From contig OX597821.1 of the NCBI GenBank assembly GCA_951406725.2, positions 38,130,001-38,194,000 of the forward strand: a stretch of 64,000 bases of DNA. Reading direction: 5' to 3'. The stretch is from Octopus vulgaris (lineage: Eukaryota). The notes beneath the pieces were generated by a model. The model was not told the DNA's origin. It ran no database searches and was given only the letters and a program-made list of their open reading frames with translations. The stretch's first letter is position 1. Each line of letters starts with the position of its first letter. The translations under genes were made by a program, and so were the position numbers. Shown one piece after another: positions 24,985 through 40,158 of the stretch.

Positions 24985-25397
24985 CTGTTTTATCTCTTTC
25001 AGCCACCAGATAATGGCCATGCTAGGGCATCGCCCAGAAAAATTTTAAGTCGAATGAATCGATTCCAAACTTACCTTTTTTAAAACTCTCTTGCTCATTC
25101 TATCGTTCTCTTTTTTCTGAACCACTAAGTAACGAGGATGTAAACAAACCAACACAGGTTGTCAACTGGTAGTGGACAAACACACAAACACACACACACA
25201 CACATACACACACACACACGTGCACACATATACAGCGGGTTTCTTTCAGTTTCCATCTACTAAATCCACTTACAAGGTTTTGGCCGTTCCGAGGCTACAG
25301 TAGAAAACACTTGCCTAAGGTGACACGAAGCGGGACTGAACCTGGAACCATATGGTCAGAAAGCAAGCTTCCTATTACACAACCTCACCTGCGCCTA
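24985..25397 (-). mobile_element. SINE family B, diverged
   Basis: Reverse-complement similarity to 40159-40565. Confidence 0.85.
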
Positions 25398-27315
25398 CAT
25401 ATCTTCAATTGTTTTGATTTCCGGCATCATTTTAGAATCGTAAACAGAACTGCCGAGTTGGATGATCGACTGAATATTTTTATCGACAAGAGAAATCAGC
25501 AATAAAATGAAGCCGAAAACAATGTCTCTGTTCACGTAGAATAATTATAGTAAGAACTGATATTCTTTAAATTATCATACACACATACACATACATGAAC
25601 ACACACATACACACACATATGTGTGTGTGTGTGCTTGCGTGTACAATTTTTAAAGATTATCAATTTTTACTATATTCTACATGAAATAAAATGCTATCGC
25701 TGTGTCGTCGTTTCACACTGTTTATCTGTAGCGATCCAATTGAAGTTGTAGGATGAATAAAATGTTATTGGTTGAATAATACAATCCATATCAATCAATG
25801 TATGCTGCTATTTTAGCACAAGACGTTGAACTCTTCACTGTCTTCAACTTTGAAACTACTCAGCCGGCTGTCTCCTGCAATGAAGTCATTCAATAATGAA
25901 CTTCAGATTGGTGCCTACATATGCTACTAGTACAAATAAGTCTGGTGGAGCTCTTCTCTTAAGTCTGTGAACTTATGAACCAACCATCGATGTTACAGTG
26001 CTGTTACTGTTGCCAACAATGAACTACACTGCCTACTTTTAGCTCGGTGGCCGTAAGAGTTAATCACTGACGCGATGTAACGTCAGTAACGAAATAGAAA
26101 CTCCTGATTCGTCAATTCCATCAAACACAGACCTTGTGTGGCTCTCCGGAATTGTTCCAAATACATTTGAAACAACTGACAAGTCAGAGGTAATAACCCA
26201 ACGGCTTCAGACGATTATATAAAACCTCACCATGTATTGAGTCCTGTTTTAACCATTTCTACATCCAAACGTCACTCTCACTCTGTCTTTCTGGGAGAGG
26301 CACAAGAACGTGCTGCTCCAGTATGATCTGGACCATAATGGCCGAAACAAACTAAAGAATACAATGGAAATATTTTGTTTTGCAATTCTGAAAATGTTTT
26401 CCTTCCTACTTCTGCGGTTCAGTGCCAATGCAGAGAAGAGTAAAAAAGAAAAGAAAGTTTAGAGGCGACGCTAAGAAGAAGAGGGTAAAGAAGATCACAA
26501 AAGCCCTGTTGGAGTAAAGATTGTCTGCGAAATTCAATAAAAGCCGAGATCTGTAACTGTACTTACATAAAATAAAAGCTTCTCAAGGGCCTTGAAATCT
26601 ATAAAGATAAAAAGAACTAAATACTTTAAATAGCTGCTGTTAAAAATGCCTTTGCTATGGGGCATTTTGTATGGTAATGTAAGTTTTATATATCAACTGT
26701 TACATATGTAGCCATTTTTGTTGTTTGACACACACACGCACATATATAATATACGGCATGGCGTTTAACGACGGGATAGGAATTAATTAAACCGTGAAGT
26801 ACTGGCAGTCTAGTGTATTGGTAAACTAAAAAAGACTTTCTGATAGGAAAGAAACAATTTGGAAAGGTTTATTTGATGTTAGTGATTGTTGAAGTCATAG
26901 AGAAACCATCTTTGGAAAGGTCTGTACACACAAGAATATAGTCTTAACATTTATGCGTGTAAAAATCAATATATTTGTCTCCATCATACTACTTATCTCT
27001 GCATTTATTTCTATATAACTATTACTTTATATAGTAGCTATTTTAGTTCTTCCTCTCCTTCACGTTCTCTCTTTCACTTTCAAGCATACTTATAGTACAC
27101 ACACACACATATTTACACATTCACATACACACATATCGACACATACAGACATATATTGTACCCCTGTGTATCGTGATCTTACTGTATGGCTGACTGTCCG
27201 TGTCCCATTATTAACTTAAACATGTGCTACTACTCTTAACTTTCTTTCCCCAATCGTATTATACACAGCAATTTTCATATACACACGTGTAAACACACAT
27301 ATATACGGATATATG

Positions 27316-27370
<55 letters not shown>

Positions 27371-27430
27371 GTACTTACATACATACACTCATATATATAT
27401 ACATACACACATACATACACTCATATATAT

Positions 27431-27487
<57 letters not shown>

Positions 27488-27513
27488 CATATATACATAC
27501 ATACATACACACA

Positions 27514-27549
<36 letters not shown>

Positions 27550-28493
27550 CATATATACATACATACATATAAATATATATATACATACATACGTATATGT
27601 GTATGGGGGGGGATGTGTGTGTGTGTGTGGGTGTGTGTGTTATGAGTCTATTCATCACCACGCTTCCAGCCAAGATCGACGGCGTTCAGTCATCAAAAGA
27701 GCTCACAAATGACAGTTCCACAAACGACATAAAAGTGCAAGTGGAGAAAAAGACAACAAAATGATATTTAAATGCTACACTAAAACCTGGACTCTATACA
27801 CAGCAGGCACGATATCATAATATGAAGCTCTTTGCATTATGCCAATGCGGTGTTAAATGAAATCTCTTACTCAAAGAAACACAAATTCTAAACATTGTAT
27901 TTGAGCATAACTGGTTATTGCTTATAGCTCTTCTACCTCAATACACCTAGACGAATATCTTAGAAAGAATATGAATTAACATGAAAATAAGCGTCTTTAC
28001 AAAGAGGAAAGATCTTATCTCTCTTACATTTTAGAATGCAGAAAAAACAACATAGACTCTCATTTGACTTTTAAAATTATTTAATACACTTTATTTGCTT
28101 TTGTTATTCAAAGTTATGGTACTGGCGATTCTAATTCATTTCTCTCATTTTTGTTTTAAAAATGTACATTTTTCTAAGCCATAGATGTTCTCCACTAGTT
28201 TTTTGTTTGTTTAAATCCTCTGTCTGCTTCAATTAAAAGAGTTTCTGTGCTGAGGTAGAAACGCGCGTCCAAGCTGCCTTCTTTTTAATTTCCAGGCAAA
28301 CACTCTATCATTTCATTCCAGAGAATTCTTGATTATATATGCTGTTAGGTCCAACTTCCGCCATGCGATCGTTTAGACTTCTCTGGAAGCGAACATAAGT
28401 TCAATATATTGAAAAATTTCTCGGTTAAAATTCGTTTATTTGTCAAAAATATAAATATACTACATTCTTAAAAGAATATGCCATAACTATGCA

Positions 28494-28545
<52 letters not shown>

Positions 28546-29444
28546 AGCTAAATAAATGCATTATATATATGTATAAACCCCCCACACACACATACATATA
28601 TACTCAAGCATATATGTGTCTCTGTGTGAGAGCGTATGGTGCATAGCATACCTTGAACTTATTGTAGTTAGAATCCACAGTAGAAATATATAATCAAAGC
28701 AACATATATGTCAATGTAAATATATTTGCATATTCACCGTTGCGCCGGACTGCATATGTTATGTTTATGTGTCTTTGTAAATAGGTATTCCGTAAAAATA
28801 CGTTTCTATGTGAATAGTTTGTGTATAGATATATCTGGCATCTCTGAAAATATGGAGAGAAGTGTTTGCGATCAATTGATTGTTTGCGACCAATAAAAGT
28901 TTACCAGGACATATAATGGAAAGAATTTGATGCCGCTGCAGACTTCAACCCTCACCATTCGTAGACACATCTACCACACTACCACAGAGGAACATTGTAA
29001 CCACACTACGTCTCCTTCGCATCCCAGTAAACACAACTATGTAAATAGCCGCATTATTAGTAACTTCACTGAGATGTGAAGCTATCAATGACAGAGGAAA
29101 AAGCGGAGTGACTGTCGTGCTTCTAATGACTTCATCTCACTCGCCTCCGTTTCTCCGGTATGCAGGGATCTGTTCAGGAGAAGTGAAATCCTGTCCAGAA
29201 TGCCAGACTATTCCATATAATTGAATATTGCATGTCAGTTTGTCTCGATGATCTTCGGTTTACTGAAGGCACGATGTAACTTGAAAGACCAATTTCTGGT
29301 TGGTTAACCGACTGCTTGTATGACATAACTCAGCTTAACAGGAGCTGATTGGCGACTATACACAGAAAATGTTGATAAAACGTTAAAAGTATTATGTTGT
29401 ATATATTTCTGTCTATTTAAATATATTTTTTTTAATATTTCCAG

Positions 29445-29564
29445 CGCAAATGTGACCAGTATTGGCCCGATGAAGGGACGCAAGTTTCATCAGGAATTTC
29501 AATTGAATGTCTAAATGTAGATAAATTGCCTGATTTTACGATACGCACATTCCTTTTACAAATG
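29445..29564 (+). CDS. PTP catalytic-domain exon B
   Basis: Acceptor tttccag, donor gtaagt, 120 bp, phase 0-0 and in frame with exon A. RKCDQYWPDEGTQVSSGISIECLNVDKLPDFTIRTFLLQM contains the KCxxYWP motif. Confidence 0.95.
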
Positions 29565-29959
29565 GTAAGTTTTACATTTCGTTGTTAACGAAGTGAAAAT
29601 TAAGTATCTTTTTTTTTTCATGTACATCATTGTGCATGTTTTCGTAAACACGCTTGGTTATGAAAATATTTGTGAAAAACCTCAAATGTATTACATAGCA
29701 ACTGTCACTTGAAAGATACAATCCAAATTCTATCAGTTAAACTCTGAAATGGTGGGGAAAACTAAGCGGAAAATAGGTATCATGAGTTTTAAGTTCATTG
29801 TAGCAAGAAACGGTGGAATTGTTGTTTCAATAAATTTTACAGATAAACAATTTTATTTCTGAGAGTATCACCAAAAACTCGTTTTCGAGTCGATAAAAAA
29901 GATACCAGTTGAGTACAGGAGGTGATGTAATCGCTGGGTTACATCAATTCCATAGGCTA

Positions 29960-30568
29960 CAATGGTCAACTGGTACTTATTTTATCGACTTAGACAAGAG
30001 GAAAGGTAAAGTCAATATCAGCGGAATTTGAACTCAGAACGTGAAGACGGACAAAATACCGCTAAGAAGTTTGTCCACTGTGCTAACAATTCTATCTTCT
30101 TGTGTCTCAAAGGAAGCATTAATATTCCTTTCTACTATAAGCACGTGTCCTGAAATTAGGGCGCGGGGTAGTCGATTGCATCAATCCCAGTATTCAACTG
30201 GTACTTATTCCCTTGACTCTGAAAGGATGAAAGGCAAAGTCGACTGTGGCAGAATGTGAACTCAGAACATGAAGACGGACGATATGGCGCTGAGCATTTT
30301 GTCCGGCGTTCTAACGGTTCTGCCAGCTCACTGCCCAAAAGGAAGCATTAATATTACAAGTAAATCTAAGGCAGCAAGCTGGCAGAATCGTTAGAACGCT
30401 GGGCAAAATATTGAGCGGCGTTTCGTCCGTCTTTACGTTCTGAGTTCAAATTCCACCGAGGTTCACTTTACCTTTCATCCTTTCAGGGTCGATAAAACAA
30501 TTACCAGTTGAGCACTGGGGTCAATGTAATCGTCTTACTCTCTTTCTTTTCTGCCAAAATCTGAAACC
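29960..30568. mobile_element. Cluster of family A SINEs: minus 29960-30100, minus 30127-30337, plus 30368-30568
   Basis: Target duplications aaaggaagcattaatatt (30109-30126 / 30338-30355) and aatattaca(a/t)gtaaatct (30350-30367 / 30569-30586). Confidence 0.85.
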
Positions 30569-32803
30569 AATATTACATGTAAATCTTCGTTATAGCAAAC
30601 ATTTTCATTAGGATTTTATAAAAATGATTACCATTCTTCATTCGGTGACACTTCATTCTGTGACGAAACCGCGAGAATTACCCCTGAATCTGTAACACGA
30701 ATATATCTTCAAATATTGAAGTATGTATGTGTTCATATACATAAAAAAAATACCGGCATATTCATTCCGAAAAATCAAATGTATAATAATCTAAATATGC
30801 AGTGTTAATCACAATTTGGCTTAACTTACGCTAGTCCAGGTAGTTATTCATAATTTATAATCTTATATTTTCTTATAATTTTGATAATTATTGTTAGTAA
30901 CAAGCTTGTAACATTTTCAGAGTGGATGCTGATAGATATTAATGCTCCTGAAAATAATCGTCAAACACACATTGAATGAAAAAATTTCACTGCGAAAATC
31001 CTACGCAAAATACCAGATAATATATAGATTACTCAGTCAGACTGCAAAATTTCATCAAATTTTAACATTTTTTGATTAAATTAGTTAATGATTGCACTAT
31101 TTTTTTTAATATTCGTTTCTATCGTGTCTTATAATGAGAAAATGAATTATTCTGTTTATAATAACTTTTACATGAATAGAAGTTTTGAAAAAATCAGCTA
31201 TTTTAAGCTGAATATCATACAAACTAATTTAGAAAGTCAAACTGCAGTTGAATTTGCTATTAGAGGTCAAATAAATTATCACGAAAATGTGTTTCAAGTG
31301 ACTAAAATACAATTTAGTTGAGGTTATATTTCGTTTCCTTTGATTATATTCTTGGTTTCTTTTATGTGCGTTTGAACGGGCACAGTATATAACTGGTATT
31401 TTATCGACTTTGCAGAATTTGTAACTTTGATACTAGTTGTATTTGAGCTCATAACAATAAGAGACGGTACTGACCTTCTAAGAAGTGTGAATAAACTCAC
31501 AGTGCAGTACTGTGACATCGTTTTAAGCCGAACCCTTGATTAAAACACTCTCGCCACAGAAGAGCTGCTGGGATAAATATTTATATTGATACAATTAAAA
31601 ATCTAATTTAACTGATAAATTAAAAACCCATTACAGTATAACAGAATACACTTTGTGTACTTTCTAATAAAATTTTCATGATCCGTCGTTCTGTGTACAA
31701 ATTCCGCCAAGGTCGACTTTGCCTTTCATCGATAAATTAAGTACCAGTTGCGTACTGGAGCCGATCAAAGTTTCGGGTTTGTGCCTAGAGTAGAAAAGAA
31801 TAAATGTTCATGGCATTGAATTTTAAAAAATATCCCGTAACAAGATAATTGTTCAAAACTGTAAATCTATTCGATATTTCTTTTTTATTCCAATCAGAAT
31901 TATTTTTATACTTCAAGAGGAAATGGTGTCTTTCACATTATTAGGGGAAGTCGTATTTATATAGGTAAAGCTAGATTCATTCAGTAATATCGTTGCTGGC
32001 AAACATGGTCATCAGACCACTAAAGGCTTGATTTTGTCTCCAGGGTTTCATAAAGACTGCTGTCTCCTCTAAATGATGTGAAACGATTCAACAATTAGGC
32101 ATTTGAATCGTTAATAGGTTTAATCGATCAGAATCTGAATTCTGCCGAAAGGCTTTCTGGCTGTGTTCGATAGATATTCAGCGTTCAGCGCCTTTGTGGA
32201 AACTGAAGATGACAGACCGGAAAAATAAATGTTAATATATTGAACCGCCGAGATGTAATACTTTATATCTACAATGATTTTCAAATATTTTTACGTTATC
32301 TGTATTCGTCTCAGAGAGGTGTTGTATTGAATATTTAGTCTTTACACATATTAAATCTCTATAATTTATGCTCACAAATACACACAATTACAGATACACA
32401 CACAAATACAGATATACGCACATAGATTCACACGCCGAAACATACACAAAGAAATATACATATATCATGCACAGATACATAAGTGTGTGTGTAAACATAT
32501 TTCTGAAAAAGGGAGGCTTATAATGAATGGAAAAGTGTTTCGTCTGAAAATTCAAGTGGCAGAAATTATAGTATTGCTCAATACTTTATTTTCGTTCTTC
32601 CCGAATTAAAATTCTGTCGACAAGGACTGACTCGAAGTTTTCGAATTCAACAAGGAATGGCTCAAGCAGATGATTGTATCAATGCCTGAAAATGTGTGCC
32701 AACAGGAGACCTTTTTATTCTAAAGCATGTTCAACATTAACATGAAAATGTATCATTGACTCGATATGCTTGTCCAGTTGATTGTTTTTTTTTTGTTCTT
32801 CAG

Positions 32804-32952
32804 AATGGGGTATCGAAAATCGTCAAACAATTCCATTACACCACTTGGCCAGATCACGGTGTACCAAAATTTGGTAATTCACTAATATTATTCCGGCAGA
32901 AAATACGAGCGTTTGACCGGCTCGACAATGGACCAGTTATTGTTCATTGCAG
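32804..32952 (+). CDS. PTP catalytic-domain exon C (WPD loop)
   Basis: Polypyrimidine tract plus cag, donor gtaaga, 149 bp. NGVSKIVKQFHYTTWPDHGVPKFGNSLILFRQKIRAFDRLDNGPVIVHC followed by a split Ser codon AG|T. Overlaps ORF 32756..32956. Confidence 0.97.
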
Positions 32953-33534
32953 GTAAGACATGCTCATGTTTTCTTCCATTAACACAATGATTGATATATT
33001 TACAAAGAAAAATTTTTTTCGAGATTTATTTTGCAGATATATCTTTTAAATATTCTTCTTTCTTCTATGGCCAAATGGACTGAATTATTTTTTACCTTAT
33101 TCATAAAAAAAAAGAAAAGACAAAAAATTTATCTTGCTGCATACATAACTGGTTCCAACGTTAGAAACCAATTCCATTGTTACAGAAATGGGAAATTATA
33201 TATATATATATATATATGTGAAATTCGACCACCGACTGTTGGTGATGTCACCTGCAGTTCCTTTCAGAGAGAGAGAGAGAGAGAGAGAAAGAAAGAGAAA
33301 GAGAGGTTACTGAGAAATTAAAGAGAGAGAGGGTGAAGTTTCTCTTTAACGGGGGAGAACATCTATAGAACTTATAACTATAATTAAGGTCTCAAGAAAC
33401 GCTGTAAAGCGAAGCGCTATGTGGACGTGAAACCCAGGGTAACCCAATAAACTGGCCATATCTATCTCTGTCTATATACTCAAATTAGAGTGCGCTTCTT
33501 TTTCGGATTTGTGATTTACTGACGATATATATAT

Positions 33535-33560
33535 AGCCTTGGCTTAGTTATCTCTTTTTG

Positions 33561-33624
<64 letters not shown>

Positions 33625-33650
33625 CAAAAAGAGATAGCTAATCCAAGGCT
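33535..33650. repeat. Palindrome: ~30-bp arms around an (AT)n centre
   Basis: agccttggcttagttatctctttttgtttc (at)n gaaacaaaaagagatagctaatccaaggct, with two mismatches. Confidence 0.9.
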
Positions 33651-33760
33651 GTGAGGAGTTTTCTGGACATTAATAAGGAAAGAGATAGAGATATAGTCTT
33701 ACAACTATTTCTGAAATATTATGGTTACTCTTCATCGGAGACGATGTGAGATGGTTAATA
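33621..33760 (-). mobile_element. Penelope-like terminal fragment with degenerate hammerhead (33696-33742)
   Basis: Minus strand: GUCU CCGAUGA ... GAAA UAGUUG UA AGAC; stem I GUCU/AGAC kept, core U4>C; the tail ends in (TA)n. Confidence 0.55.
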
Positions 33761-34028
33761 ACAGATAAATTTTTGAGTTCGAAATAAGAAGTTACTGTGG
33801 AAAAGGAGGAGATAGGGAATATAGAGGGGAATAAAAGAATGAAAGTAGAAGTAACATATAAAAGATTGTAGTTGCAGTTCCATCATTCGAGTAAAGTGGT
33901 GTATAGAAGTGGTAAATAGTTTCCTGTACATGGTATGTAAGTTCCAATAGTAGTTCATGTTTAGTCATGTCTAAGTATGGAACCGTACATACAAGCATAT
34001 ATATATACATACACACATACACACACAC

Positions 34029-34075
<47 letters not shown>

Positions 34076-34120
34076 TATGTATATATTTGTATGTATGTAT
34101 GTATATATATATATATACAT

Positions 34121-34481
34121 ACGAGCAAAACGACCCCCGTCCAATGAAAGGTGCTGAGTTGTCAAACATTTAAACCAAATTTTCTCAAAGCAACTTTCCG
34201 ACCGTCCCATAGGCCTCTCCTTTGTGAAACACTGGTTTAACCTAAATTTGAGACAGAAGCAAAAGACGGATTTCGACTGATGTACTTGCGCGTACAAATG
34301 CACATTCCTATGGCTTTATCGATTGCATTCTCACCTGAAATCAATTTTTGTATGTTTTTAAAGACTTATACACGCCCTGATATCGTCGGTATCTCCATAT
34401 CAAATTTGAGCGCAATCTGATGGAGGATGCCTGAGATTCTAGAAGACACACACACAGACAGAACGGATTTTATATAATAGA
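34121..34481 (-). mobile_element. Non-autonomous Helitron-like element
   Basis: Minus strand starts TCTATTATATAAAA then CTGT/GT repeats; ends with a GC-rich segment and CTCGT (CTAGT-like). No TIR or TSD seen. Confidence 0.55.
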
Positions 34482-34487
34482 CATGTT

Positions 34488-34541
<54 letters not shown>

Positions 34542-37500
34542 AGTGTGTGTGTGTATGTATGCATGTATCTATCTATCTATCTATCACTCTATTTATATAT
34601 ACATTTGTATTTATGTATATCTTCGTGACCCTTGAGGGATAAAATCAAATTGTACTCCGCAGTATTTGAACTCAAACGTGAAAGGATAGAAATATATGAA
34701 GGTTCTTTTTTCTCACTCTCTGACAATCCTAGCATCAACTTTGAAGAAATTAATATCTATAGTGAATCGAATCAAGACATTGCTTTCTCTCTCTAGTTCC
34801 ACTGACGTAGATGGGTAGAATTAAATAATGACTGTTTCAATTATATTAGCCACATATGAAATAGCTTTAACCTGAATTCGAAATGGATTCAAAACGTGAC
34901 TTGTTTGGTTGTACATGAATATTGCATTTTACTGTGTTTCGAAAAGTAGTGAATATATTGAAAGCCCCAGCACAGTCTGGAATTAATGAAATGTTATTTA
35001 ATAGTTCTTTTTCTACTTTTTATCTGTCAAATATGGAATACAATTAATTTTGAAATGATTTTTCTCCGATCTTATATAGCATCGAGAATATTTTACTCTC
35101 GTTCCAGTCACTAAAATTAAACAGTCTATCATGATTAGCATCAAAGTTTGGTGAATTCCATTTTAAGAAACTAATGCTTATGCATCTCTAGATCTTTAAT
35201 AAGTCGTCCATTCTACGAATCAAAACCTACACTCGAATGAGGAGACGAATCAAGGTTGATTAGATTAAAATAATATAATGGATATAACATCATTTGAAGT
35301 TTTGAGGATTCAAATAATTTCTACCATGTTTAGTTCTCCTTTTTATAGCCGCAACTTTTTGCTAAATCATGAAAATGAACGTTTCAATTATGTTGTCAGT
35401 TGCCAACATGGTGATAGCTATCTGCAAATCTTTTCTGCGTCTATAAAATATATTGGTGCCCTCTCAAGTAGCATTCATCGTAGTCTAGGTTTACCTTCCA
35501 CCTCATTCATGTAAATCATATTTGGTTCATTCAGCATGTAGAGCCATATTGTTTCCCCTGCGCTAAATTAGAAACAAACAAAATAAAAATCTGGTCGTGA
35601 TTAATTTAACAAGAATTAATCTATAAACTCTTCGCTCCTAACTGTTCTTAAGTAACTTAGACTTAATCTATTTGTTGATTTCTCAGCTCCTGCGAAACAA
35701 ACCAGATTCCTATAAATTCAATTATACCCCATAATATCAGAAATTAAAGATTTTTCCTGTCGCGGTATCTATCCATCAACTTAGCTTTCTTTCTACTGTC
35801 CGTCTATTTCCATATCTATCGAGATATATGTGAGTGTGTGTGTGTGTAAGTTTCTATATACACACATAATATGTGTACGTTTGTACGCGCACGTACAACG
35901 TATTTATGTGTGTGTGCGTTCGCATCCCTCTCAGTTGCTAACGATTTATGTCTTTATAGGCTTACATATGTATTTCTCTCTGTAAACTTCTTGCCTATTT
36001 ATTTCCGCAATCATTCAAGACTTTACATATCCATTTTTTCAAAGTTCAACCTACGACTATAAATTACTCAACACGATGTGGCTGCACAGTAATAAACATT
36101 ACAATGGTTTTAATAAACAGTCATTCATTGCATCCCACATCGGAACCATCATTTTTTTACATTCTTCGCAGTGAATGCTGCACAATCACCGACAAATGAG
36201 ATTTAATCGGATTGTGTTTTTTTTCCTAGCAAAGTTGCCATGACTTTCTTCTTGGAACCTTTATAATAATGTATGCACACTTACATATACACACGCTTAT
36301 AGTAGTTTACCGCGCGAAGAGAAGGCAAATATATATTACTCCTTCTCATCTGCGACAGCCAAACGCGTGATAAAAACCACTGGAACGACTTCATATAATG
36401 CTCAGTCTTCAAATTAATTTCTTTTAAACTGACACTAGACCTTCTTCTCCCGTACCAAAAGGTTCTCTGGATCACTCTCCGCTTTGCAGAATTTTTCCTT
36501 TCATTACCATTCAGACATGATGGCTCTTTTAGCAGAATCACAGTCAATAAAATAAATGAACTTCCTACAACTCATACCAGTGCACTTGCGAACACTTCTG
36601 TTCCCTAAAAACCAACAAGGCAATCAGGGACCACGAGTAGAGCTTTCTGTAAACTTACTCTTCAATCACTTTCATCACAAATGTGATGGAAATTTACCGT
36701 CAAATCGTTCTTCACACATCCCTGAATGACCAAAAGAAGTTTTCGTAGGGATAGACCTGCCGAAGAGTTTCTCTCTGAATCTATGTGCCAATAGTATGAC
36801 ATCTTTGAAAATTCCAGTAAGATTGTTGCTCTTAATACAAAAAAGATTTTTGAACTCTGTCGAACCTACAAGCTAAGTTCATATCCCTTTGATTGAAGGT
36901 CTTTGATCTGACCAATCGCTTTCAGCGTTTCTTAGAGGATACCATGCACGCTGTATGAGCTGTGGTTGTGATTGTCACCATCTTTCAATCGTAAATGAAC
37001 GACAAGGTAGACATAACGTCGTACGACACACACTCCTATATACATATGATATCATCTTTCACATCTTAGACCTCCGCATGCAATCAGCAATTCTATGAAC
37101 AGAATCTTCAACAATCTCATACAATAGACACATTACTTCACCATTTCTAATGGCACCAACGCCATTACTCCAATAATATACGTAAGAAAACCCTGTTGCA
37201 TATAAACAATATACATCTAAATTCTTAGTCTCAGCGAATATATTTCAATATCTGATGATTTCTCTTGACGACTGCCAAAATATACAACAAATACTAAACT
37301 TTTCTTGTGGATTAGAAGATCTTACACACGTGATCACTTGCTGATCCTCCAAAACAATCAAATAAAATCGATACTGGAGAATAGTGCTCATTTATTTCTG
37401 AGAGTACAACTCTTGCGTATGGAAGAAGCTGAAACTATAACAAACGAAGAGCAGTCAGCTGATTTGCAACGACTCATTATGGTTTAAACTGCGTACCGTC

Positions 37501-40158
37501 TTGTTTCTGTCTCCTCTCAATCAGTTAGACTGGTCTCTGTTGCACTGAAGTAGCAAGCTCTATACTTCGTTGGTTTAGGTCCATCCGATACAGCCATCAG
37601 TTGTTCCTTCGTCATCTCAACAATGTCAAACATTTGCTCATATAATAATCACCTTGTCCAATGAATCGTTCAACCATATAGAATTTTATCTCTGACCCCT
37701 TTTTTCTCCAGATTTGTCCCTTACAAATGTTTAAACTAGATATCAGCAACATGTGACTCACAATTCTGGGAGGGTCTTCATAGCGAAGGGTGACCTACCA
37801 CTCCCACACTTTGAACTAACGCATACAAATCTTCTTCATGGAAATATATTGATATGTACCATTGTTTTATGATTAATAATTTAATAACTTATTCGTTTTG
37901 TAACACATTCTCTCACCTAGTATCTTCTTCCATCATCATCTCTTGTTTCTGTAGCGTTTTCTTATTATGAGTTGTTGCGACAACCTCTCTCGCTCTTGGA
38001 GGGTGCGTGAAGTCAAATACAAAAGTTCAGCAATAAATATAAACTACGTAACAAACCATTCCTGAAAATTTTGCTACTCTGCTAAAATTTGTCAATTAAA
38101 TCCTAAGTTTTTATAGACTTTAAAATGTAACATTCAACTTGCATATCTAATTGCTATTATTGCTAAAATAATATTTGTTCACGACAAAACTATTTTACTC
38201 CTAATCATTCAAGAAACACATATTTCTTCGGCAATTAATCAAAAATAAACAATAATAATTTTTTGAATTGGCACAAAACCATAAATTTTGTCGAGAGTTC
38301 CTGTAGAGCATAGTTTGATATAAAAACAGAGAAACATAAATACATTTCCACGTAATGTCTTTTGAGGAGGGAAATGGGATGTTGTGGTGTTCATATTTTT
38401 GTCAAGTGCATTGGTACAGAAACAAAATGGCTGAACGGATAAGTTGTTTATTATGTATTCACGGATCAATTCCGTAGTAGGCGTTTCAATGTTCTTCTTA
38501 TTATGCCTTAGTTCACTTCATTTTGAAAAAGCTGTGTCAGCTCCCTGCAATAGGTAACTGCGCTGTCAGCAGGGACCACACTTATCGAGAGGAAATTTAT
38601 ATCTTGCCCCATTATGTTATCAAGCAAGATGTAAACAGTGACCTTTCACAAGTCTAGTTGGATTTTTAAAGTTGTTTAGTTATATTCATTAAGGTGCTGG
38701 GGGTATTGACACAAGAACTACTTCCGACTAAGGACTGAAAGACGTTCCCGCTCAGGCAGCGACGGTATCATGTATAACAATTAAAATAGATATAAATAAA
38801 ATAAATTATTTTATCATGAACGCAATGAGAGCTAAATTGATAAAATTATTACAGTCTCCAGTTTGGTGAATATTTCGATAACATTTCCTCTGCGTAAATA
38901 CTACGGATAATATTTATACGTGTGTCTCGTTTCTCATTCATCCACCCTCAGTTAAGATCCTTCTTTCTCATATAGCTAATTAATCTCTGTAATTGCACTT
39001 TTTTACTCGTTTATTTTTATATCTACATCGGAATTGCTTCTTCCTCTTCGATTCGATTATTCGTGTTGGATTGCTAACGGGAAATCCTACCACCACTATA
39101 CACACGCTCACGCACATATACGCGCAATGATTAATAAACTGGCGCACATATGTGCATCTATGTGTGTGTGTGTGTATCATACATATATATTTATTCATAT
39201 ACATATATGTATATATATGTGTATGTGTGTGTGTGTGTGTATCATACATATATATTTATTCATATACATATATGTATATATATGTGTATGTGTGTGTGTA
39301 TTTATGCATGTATGTATATAAACATATATACGTATACATAAACATCTATCAGCGCGCGCGTGTGTGTGTGTGAACAGGAATTAGGAAATGCAAAAGTAAA
39401 ATAGTCATGCTTCGAGGTCAACACGTACTTGGAAGTGTTTCTAGTAATCTCTGCTACATTTTCATTCTGATAATACACCGAAAAATCTTTAGAGCATGGC
39501 TTTACAGAATCGATCTTAGATTTCTTTCAGGAGACTCTCAGTAACATAAAAGTGCTTTATTTACAATAGTGTTTTGGAGAATCAAGTAATATGATTAAGA
39601 TGTTCATGTCATCGATATAGAAGCTATTGATATCAGCGTTGTTCCTCAACCTCGCTTGTCTATCGACTTCTTTTCCCGCCATTCACGTTCAATGCTTTAA
39701 AGATTTTCATTATTTGGCTACGCATGTTTTCAAAGAAACATCGGAACACTCTCATATACATACATTCAGAGAAGCAGTTTTTGTAAAGACATGCATGTAT
39801 ATTCACACGTAAATACACACACACACAGACACACACACACATACACACGTATATATTCACATATTCGTATACATTTATAACTGTTTTGTTAAATCAAGAG
39901 CAATATATATCCTAGGCTACTGACACACACAATATTTAGAAGTCCGAACGTTATGAAGGGTAGCAATTTAATATCATTTATATTGGGTCTTACCGCAACA
40001 TTCGTATAATTTCTTTATCACTGCCTGTTTACGGCGCTACTATTTAAATGTTGGTGAATTTCCTCTGGATGCGCCATTTTTAAGGGTGGTTTTCGGTTTA
40101 CTTCATGAATTATTTTTAGGATTAAAGGATGTCAACAACAAAAGATAATGTATAAGAT

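Noticed and set aside
36100-37800. Possible decayed LINE on the minus strand
   Set aside because: Composition suggests a coding relic, but I could not read a convincing RT motif.
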